Below are positions 57,711 through 64,000 of a stretch of 64,000 nt of DNA, one piece after another. The stretch comes from a cyanobacterium endosymbiont of Rhopalodia gibba (GTDB taxonomy: Bacteria; Cyanobacteriota; Cyanobacteriia; Cyanobacteriales; Microcystaceae). The position numbers and the translations under genes were made by a program. Below the pieces are notes generated by a model. The model had not been told where the DNA came from and ran no database searches. It was given only the letters and a program-made list of their open reading frames with translations. The stretch's first letter is position 1; each line of letters begins with the position of its first letter. The DNA is taken from positions 224,001 to 288,000 of the forward strand of contig CP067995.1 of the NCBI GenBank assembly GCA_045159875.1, written 5' to 3'.

Positions 57711-59381
57711 CTAAGCAGGTGGACGACTATTTTTATCAGAAGAATCATGAGTCAACCAAAGTTTTTGTTGACGTATAGGAAGGGGTAGGCCTTGGCTATC
57801 AAAAGCTACTTTTAAACGACGGCGAAACTCCCGTGAAACATTCCATTGTTTAAGGGGTCTGGTTTTAATCCAAACTCTAATAATTAATCCCCATTCTTCA
57901 AAATTATCTACTCCTAAAATCTCAGGATTATCTAAAATATCGGTTTTCCAAAACTTATCTTGAGTCATGTCTTGAGCAACTTCATCAACTACCTTTAATG
58001 CTTGATCTATATCAGTTTCATAAGCAACTGGTATCATTAAATCAGCCCTCGACCACTTGCTAGAAAGATTAGCAACAATTCTAACTTCACTATTAGGAAC
58101 AGTAACCAATCTCCCTGCTGGATCACGAAGTTGAGTAATTCTTAAATTAATATTTTCTACCAACCCAGAAAAATCTCCAACCTCAATAACATCTCCTATT
58201 GCATATTGATCTTCAATAATAATGAAAAAACCATTAATTGCATCCCTAATTAAGTTTTGAGAGGCTAAAGAAACGCCTACACCCAAAATTCCAACCCCTG
58301 CTAATAAGGGAGCAATGTTAATTCCAATCGCTGATAAAGCGACAAGAATTCCTATTACCATTAAAATAATAGTAATAATACTGCGAGAAACAAGAGAAAT
58401 TGTTGTCAATCGTAAGTGTAATCTTTGATTCGATTCGACGGCTACAGCTAGTAAATCTTGATTAAATAAAATAGAACTGAATTTATCAATGAGAGCATAA
58501 CTTATACGAATTATTAAATAAGTTACTAAACTTACTATTCCTATTCTAATTGGGATTCTCAAAAAAGTAATCAGCCATATTTTTCCAATACGTGTATAGG
58601 GGAATAGTCCTATAATTACTAACATTCCGGCGAACCATATTCCTCCTTGAGTAATCTGTAAAAGTCGGTATTGAACTTCTTTAATATTCCATTGTTCTCG
58701 CCGAATTAAAAGAGTAGAAATTGGCTGACCACTTCTAGATTTAGAAACTCTATCTTTAGAAGAACTCAACTGTTTTATTAGGCGAGATAGAAGAAGATTA
58801 ATAATTAGCAGTGACCCCACAATAGCCGCCGATATAAGCCCTTTTTTAACTAAGTAAATGCTTTCTCGCTCTTTCTTACCACGTTTTAATCCCTGTTCTA
58901 ATTGCTCAATTATAAAGTTAGCCTTCGTTGCTATGTCAACTCCTTCATTCTTCATATCTAAAGCTGTAACAGTCATCAGGCGGATTTCTTGTCCATCAAT
59001 AGTTACACTAATATTAGGAAGCTTGTTTATCGTTTTTCTTTCAATTATAGCTTCGGGATCTTTTTGAGAAAAATAAAGATGACTAATTTCTTTCAAGCGG
59101 TCTTGAATAAGACCAACTCTTTCAGAAACATTCTCTTGTGGTGCAGTTACTTGAAACAGACAAATTCCATCCAGTCTAATACAAACAGATACCTCAGCAT
59201 TCTTCTCAGACTGAGGCAACCAATTATTGGTATTCGTCAAATCAGGAAAAATAAAAACTTGAGCCTTAACAGGTAATGTAATAAGACAAATAAGGAGAAT
59301 ACCTAAGAACACATTAACATACTTTTTTCGTAATATATTTTTTGCTAGTATTATAAACTTTTTAATTTTATTTAGATGCAT
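57711..59381 (-). CDS. MscS-family mechanosensitive channel
   Basis: LASQNLIRDAING, EDQYAIGDVI, GLVENINLRITQLRD and VPNSEV motifs. Confidence 0.92.
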   Translation of the reverse strand: MHLNKIKKFIILAKNILRKKYVNVFLGILLICLITLPVKAQVFIFPDLTNTNNWLPQSEKNAEVSVCIRLDGICLFQVTAPQENVSERVGLIQDRLKEISHLYFSQKDPEAIIERKTINKLPNISVTIDGQEIRLMTVTALDMKNEGVDIATKANFIIEQLEQGLKRGKKERESIYLVKKGLISAAIVGSLLIINLLLSRLIKQLSSSKDRVSKSRSGQPISTLLIRREQWNIKEVQYRLLQITQGGIWFAGMLVIIGLFPYTRIGKIWLITFLRIPIRIGIVSLVTYLIIRISYALIDKFSSILFNQDLLAVAVESNQRLHLRLTTISLVSRSIITIILMVIGILVALSAIGINIAPLLAGVGILGVGVSLASQNLIRDAINGFFIIIEDQYAIGDVIEVGDFSGLVENINLRITQLRDPAGRLVTVPNSEVRIVANLSSKWSRADLMIPVAYETDIDQALKVVDEVAQDMTQDKFWKTDILDNPEILGVDNFEEWGLIIRVWIKTRPLKQWNVSREFRRRLKVAFDSQGLPLPIRQQKLWLTHDSSDKNSRPPA

Positions 59382-59833
59382 ATCAATTATGTAGTTACTA
59401 ATAAAGTAAAATATTCTTGTGAGTAAAAATAATTAATAGCTACAACAACTAATTTCGTAAGACAATTGACAGAAAATGTTAAAGGTCAAAAGTACACAAC
59501 ATAAACCAAGGACGAGTTAGTTCTTCTATACTGTGCATCGCAAATCAGTAGCTAATCATTTCTTAACTTAATTATCCTGAGTGCACACTGTCACTTCAAA
59601 AACTCGAACTTAACTTTATTTAAATAAAAGTTAAGTCGTTACAATTTCGGAAGATTCTCAATAAGAGATTTTTGGTCTTTTATTGCTATCAGTCATCCAT
59701 CACAATGATCCTATCACAGCTAATCCAGGAGATCCAATAAATTTAAAGGTTAATATTCGTAAATCGTCACTACAGAGACCTCGTCTTTGGATGATAAGCT
59801 GACAGGTGCACCAAAATTATTAGGGAAGCTGCG

Positions 59834-60898
59834 ATGACTCAAGCAACAGAAATACCGTATTTGCTCCGTGCAGCGCGGGGCGAAGTGTTAGGACGTCCCC
59901 CTGTTTGGATGATGCGACAGGCAGGACGTTATATGAAAGTTTATCGGGACTTACGGGATAAATATCCTAGTTTTCGTGATAGATCAGAAAATGCTGAGTT
60001 AGCGATTGAAATTTCCCTACAACCCTGGCGAGCATTTCGACCTGATGGGGTCATCATGTTCTCTGATATTTTAACCCCTCTCCCTGGATTGGGTATTCCC
60101 TTTGAGATTCCTGAAAGTAAGGGACCGATAATTGATTCTCCAATTCGGACTCAAGAACAGATTGATAACCTCCATCCCTTTGATCCTGAAACCTCTCTAC
60201 CTTTTATTAAAACCATTTTGCAAGCCCTACGACAAGAAGTGGGTAATCAATCAACGGTTTTGGGATTTGTAGGTGGGCCTTGGACTTTAGCCGCTTATGC
60301 CATTGAAGGAAAAAGTTCTAAAAGTTATGCGATTATCAAAGCTATAGCTTTTTCTAGACCGTCTATCCTCCATCAATTCTTGAGTAAAATAGCTAATGCG
60401 ATTGCCATCTATATTCGTTATCAAATCGACTGTGGAGCGCAGGTAGTGCAATTGTTCGATTCTTGGGCAGGACAATTAACCCCCCAAGATTATGAAGTAT
60501 TCGCTCTCCCCTATCAACAGGAGGTAATACGTCAAGTAAAACAAACCCATCCTGATACACCTCTTATTCTTTATGTGAGCGGCAGTGCAGGAGTTCTTGA
60601 GCGGATGGTAAAGTCAAGGGTAGATGTGGTCAGTATAGATTGGACTGTGGATATGGCTGAAGCTAGACAACGGTTAGGGTCTAATATTAAAGTGCAGGGC
60701 AATATTGATCCTGGGGTTTTATTTGGATCTAAAGAATTTATCCATAGTCGTATCCTTGATACAGTTCGTAAAGCCGGAAAAGTTGGACATATTTTGAATT
60801 TAGGCCATGGCGTTTTAGTTGGAACCCCTGAAGATAATGTGCGTTACTTCTTTGAAACTGCTAAGCAAGTCGATAAGTTATCAGCTGTTCCAGTTTAA
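59834..60898 (+). CDS. hemE: Uroporphyrinogen decarboxylase
   Basis: [28 protein letters not shown] and LNLGHG motifs. Confidence 0.98.
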   Translation: MTQATEIPYLLRAARGEVLGRPPVWMMRQAGRYMKVYRDLRDKYPSFRDRSENAELAIEISLQPWRAFRPDGVIMFSDILTPLPGLGIPFEIPESKGPIIDSPIRTQEQIDNLHPFDPETSLPFIKTILQALRQEVGNQSTVLGFVGGPWTLAAYAIEGKSSKSYAIIKAIAFSRPSILHQFLSKIANAIAIYIRYQIDCGAQVVQLFDSWAGQLTPQDYEVFALPYQQEVIRQVKQTHPDTPLILYVSGSAGVLERMVKSRVDVVSIDWTVDMAEARQRLGSNIKVQGNIDPGVLFGSKEFIHSRILDTVRKAGKVGHILNLGHGVLVGTPEDNVRYFFETAKQVDKLSAVPV

Positions 60899-61407
60899 TT
60901 GATAAATTTGTCTATCCCCTATTAAAGTTTGTGCAAACAAGGTCTACGTACTCTAGTCATGAGACTTAGTTTAACTGTCTTTAGACGGAGTAAAAACTGT
61001 GCTACTATCGGAATACGGTGGTGCACTCAAGGTCCTTATCAGTGTTTTTTAACCAAAAATTCGTAAGGTTCTGTGCTTAAGATAGCTGGTGGGTTTATTC
61101 TGTAGACGTTTTCTCAAGATAGATAGTCCCTTGGGGCTGCTGTGCCCAGTTGGATAAAGCAACAGTAGTGGCAGGTCTGGTTAATCCGGGCTGTTAAACG
61201 ATCTGAAAAGAGTGTACATTGAGTATGCAGTCTGCTGTAGAGCAGTCGGTGGATTTTAAACCAAAATGTTTAATGTTTGTGGATTCGGTCTAGCAGAGAC
61301 ATAGTTTAAGAAGATTCTATTTTTTTTGTGGGAGTGTCAAAATCAATTGACACTGGTGAGGGGGATTGTAAATTTCTTTTCCCTCAAGGTTAACGGTCGA
61401 TCACAAA

Positions 61408-62376
61408 ATGATACCAATGAAACGAATTTTTTTGACAGGTGCGAGTGGTTGTATTGGTCATTACATCACAGAAGCTTTAATCCAAGAAACGGCTCATGAG
61501 CTTTTTTTGTTAGTCAGAAATCCCGAAAAACTACAAGTGGATTACAAGGCTCGTCCTAATATTCATCTTTTAAGAGGAGATTTAGAAAGTGTTGGTAAAT
61601 TCAAGGAATTACTAAAAACTATTAATATTGCTATTTTAGCTGCAACCAGTTGGGGAGGGATTCAAGAATCTTATGAGATTAATGTTGTTAGGATGTTGGA
61701 ATTAATTAACTCATTTGATATTGAAATATGTGAACAAATTATTTATTTTTCTACCGCAAGTATTTTAGATAAAAATAATCAGCTTCTTGCTGAAGCTGGG
61801 GAATTAGGTACTAATTATATTAGCACTAAACACACCTGTTATACTAAACTTCCTTATTTACCCATTGCAAAAAAAATCACTACTGTTTTTCCTACATTGG
61901 TATTTGGAGGCGAAGAAAATAAACCTTTTTCTCATTTATCTGGGGGATTTTCTGATGTCGTCAAATGGATTGACTTAATTCGTTGGTTTAAAGCGGATGG
62001 AAGTTTTCATTATATTCATGCTAAAGACATCGCTCAAGTTATTAAATATTTAGTTGAGCATCCCTCTAGTGAGTCTAAGATTAAACAGTTAGTGTTAGGA
62101 AACAAGGCAATTACAGTTGATGAAGCAATTACTCAAATTTGTACTTACCTTAATAAAAGAATCTATTTTCGCATTCCTTTGAATATTGCCTTAATAAATC
62201 TCTTTACTGCTATTTTTCGATTAAAGATGGAGGATTGGGATCGCTTCTCAATTAATTATCGCCATTTTGTTTATAAAGCACCTGTAACTCCAGCAACCTT
62301 TGGATTAGAAAATTACTGTACAACTGTAGATGATATTTTAAGGTTAAATGGAATTCCTAAAAAGACAAATACATAA
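61408..62376 (+). CDS. NAD-dependent epimerase/dehydratase family protein
   Basis: IFLTGASGCIG Rossmann motif; YFSTASIL and PTLVFGG. Confidence 0.9.
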   Translation: MIPMKRIFLTGASGCIGHYITEALIQETAHELFLLVRNPEKLQVDYKARPNIHLLRGDLESVGKFKELLKTINIAILAATSWGGIQESYEINVVRMLELINSFDIEICEQIIYFSTASILDKNNQLLAEAGELGTNYISTKHTCYTKLPYLPIAKKITTVFPTLVFGGEENKPFSHLSGGFSDVVKWIDLIRWFKADGSFHYIHAKDIAQVIKYLVEHPSSESKIKQLVLGNKAITVDEAITQICTYLNKRIYFRIPLNIALINLFTAIFRLKMEDWDRFSINYRHFVYKAPVTPATFGLENYCTTVDDILRLNGIPKKTNT

Positions 62377-62721
62377 AAACAAATTAATAGACCCTAGGAT
62401 AAGTAAATGCAATAGCTATTTTGGTTGATTATGTATGTCCCAAATTTCTGCTCACCCTACAAGGAGATGGGACACCAAGGGTAATTGTCTAGCTTATCGT
62501 ACCATTCTAACCCAACAGAGGATGCTGCGTTTAGCTGATTTGACTGGTGGGTTCTTCAGAACAAGCTGTTAATCTAACCTGTAATAGAAACAAAAATCTT
62601 CTTTAGGTTTAAGCAATAGAACTGAATCTAACGAACTAAGAATTCACCTTAATCGGAAATTTAGTTAATCATAATTGAATAAGGAAATGGTAAATTCTTG
62701 ACCCTAACTTTTCTAACCACA

Positions 62722-64000
62722 ATGTCTCAACCCAACTTTGACAATTATTGGAATTCTGATGACTTAGAGCAAACAATTCTTAGTTTTAAAGCGATTCAGG
62801 AGGAAATTAACTATAAAAAAGCTCAAAATACAATGAGAGGGCTAGTTAATCATCTCGACTTAACCACATCTGAAGAAGTGGAATTAGAAACCGAATTAAA
62901 TCATCTAACGGCAATGTTAGAAAAATTAGATCAATCTGTGGTACAAATAGCTGCTTTTGGGATGGTGGGACGGGGAAAGTCTTCGGTTTTAAACTCCCTT
63001 TTAGGTCAAGCAATTTTTGAAACAGGACCCTTACATGGGGTAACAAAAACTGTTGATAATGCTAACTGGCAATTAAACTCGGATGACACCCATAAGGAAG
63101 TTCAAAGACTGAAATTGTCAGGGTGGGAAAATTCCCAAATACAGTTAATTGATACTCCTGGAATTGATGAAGTGGGTGGTAAAAACCGTGAAGCATTAGC
63201 TCATGAGATAGCTAGGCAGGTAGATTTAATCCTATTTATTATCGCCGGAGACATGACTAATGTGGAATACGAGACCTTATGTCAGTTACGGGAAGTGGGA
63301 AAACCGATGATTTTAGCTTTTAACAAAATTGATCAGTATCCTGAAGCTGATCGCTTGGCAATTTATCAAAAAATTCGGGATGATAGGGTAAAAGAGTTGT
63401 TATCTCCCGATGAAATTGTGATGGTTGCTGCTTCTCCTCTAGTGACGGAAATGATAAGAAATCAGGAAGGGAGCTTAAAAAAGCAACGGAGGCGAGGAAA
63501 ACCGCAAGTTGAAGCCCTTAAATTAAAAATTCTTGAAATTTTGCATCGAGAGGGAAAGTCTCTAGTAGCTCTAAATACAATGCTGTATGCCTCAGAAGTC
63601 AATGAACAAATTGTGAAACGAAAGCTGGTAATCCGAGGAGAGGCAGCTAATCAATTAATTCAGAAGGCAGTGATGGCTAAAGCTGTAGCGATTGCTCTTA
63701 ACCCTGTGACGGTAGTCGATTTATTGACAGGGGCAGTGGTGGATGTGGCGATGATTTTGTCCTTGTCTCGATTATATGGAGTAGATATGACTCAACAAGG
63801 AGCAATCGCTTTGCTGCAAAAAATTGGGGTAAGTATGGGGGGTATTACTGGAAGTGAATTTGTGGCTTCTTTTGGCTTGAGTTCTCTTAAAAGTTTATTA
63901 GGACTGGCTACACCAATCACGGGAGGTATTTCTTTGCTACCATATTTTTCTGTGGCTATTACTCAAGGTGGTGTTGCCGGGGCGTCGTGTTATGCTCTTG
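62722..64000 (+). CDS. GTP-binding protein with DUF697/YcjF domain (runs off the window end)
   Basis: ATG at 62722; GMVGRGKSS, DTPG and NKID motifs, then a hydrophobic DUF697-like region (ALNPVTVVDLL). Confidence 0.88.
   Translation, partial: MSQPNFDNYWNSDDLEQTILSFKAIQEEINYKKAQNTMRGLVNHLDLTTSEEVELETELNHLTAMLEKLDQSVVQIAAFGMVGRGKSSVLNSLLGQAIFETGPLHGVTKTVDNANWQLNSDDTHKEVQRLKLSGWENSQIQLIDTPGIDEVGGKNREALAHEIARQVDLILFIIAGDMTNVEYETLCQLREVGKPMILAFNKIDQYPEADRLAIYQKIRDDRVKELLSPDEIVMVAASPLVTEMIRNQEGSLKKQRRRGKPQVEALKLKILEILHREGKSLVALNTMLYASEVNEQIVKRKLVIRGEAANQLIQKAVMAKAVAIALNPVTVVDLLTGAVVDVAMILSLSRLYGVDMTQQGAIALLQKIGVSMGGITGSEFVASFGLSSLKSLLGLATPITGGISLLPYFSVAITQGGVAGASCYAL

Overview
This is an AT-rich window of a unicellular cyanobacterium (Crocosphaera/Cyanothece-like genes) undergoing reductive evolution. 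Intact housekeeping genes include cofH, lysS, recF, fumC, a class A PBP, eno, tatA, pcyA, mrp, rodA, aroH, sppA, a COG0523 GTPase, znuABC, lnt, ftsH2, mscS and hemE. Between them lie pseudogenes of different ages (gmd, fcl, NTRC-type trxB, an SpkB-like kinase, purU, DUF4327) and long AT-rich spacers containing fossil ISL3 and IS630 transposases. This pattern best fits an endosymbiont such as the N2-fixing spheroid body (diazoplast) of rhopalodiacean diatoms; that is an inference, not a database match. The most notable observations are: a vestigial type I-D-like CRISPR leader with one repeat abutting cofH; erosion of only the KTSC domain of LysS; a channel-like membrane gene behind an NtcA-like box; a membrane-anchored coiled-coil BRCT protein; retained pcyA; an orphan NrtA/CmpA binding protein; a tandem duplication of the aroH 3' end; several perfect long palindromes; HIP1 erosion; and an unexplained GC-richer insert after hemE. 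I cannot demonstrate a complete new system from the sequence alone. No rRNA or tRNA was recognised. Pseudogene and IS boundaries are approximate and come from manual translation.
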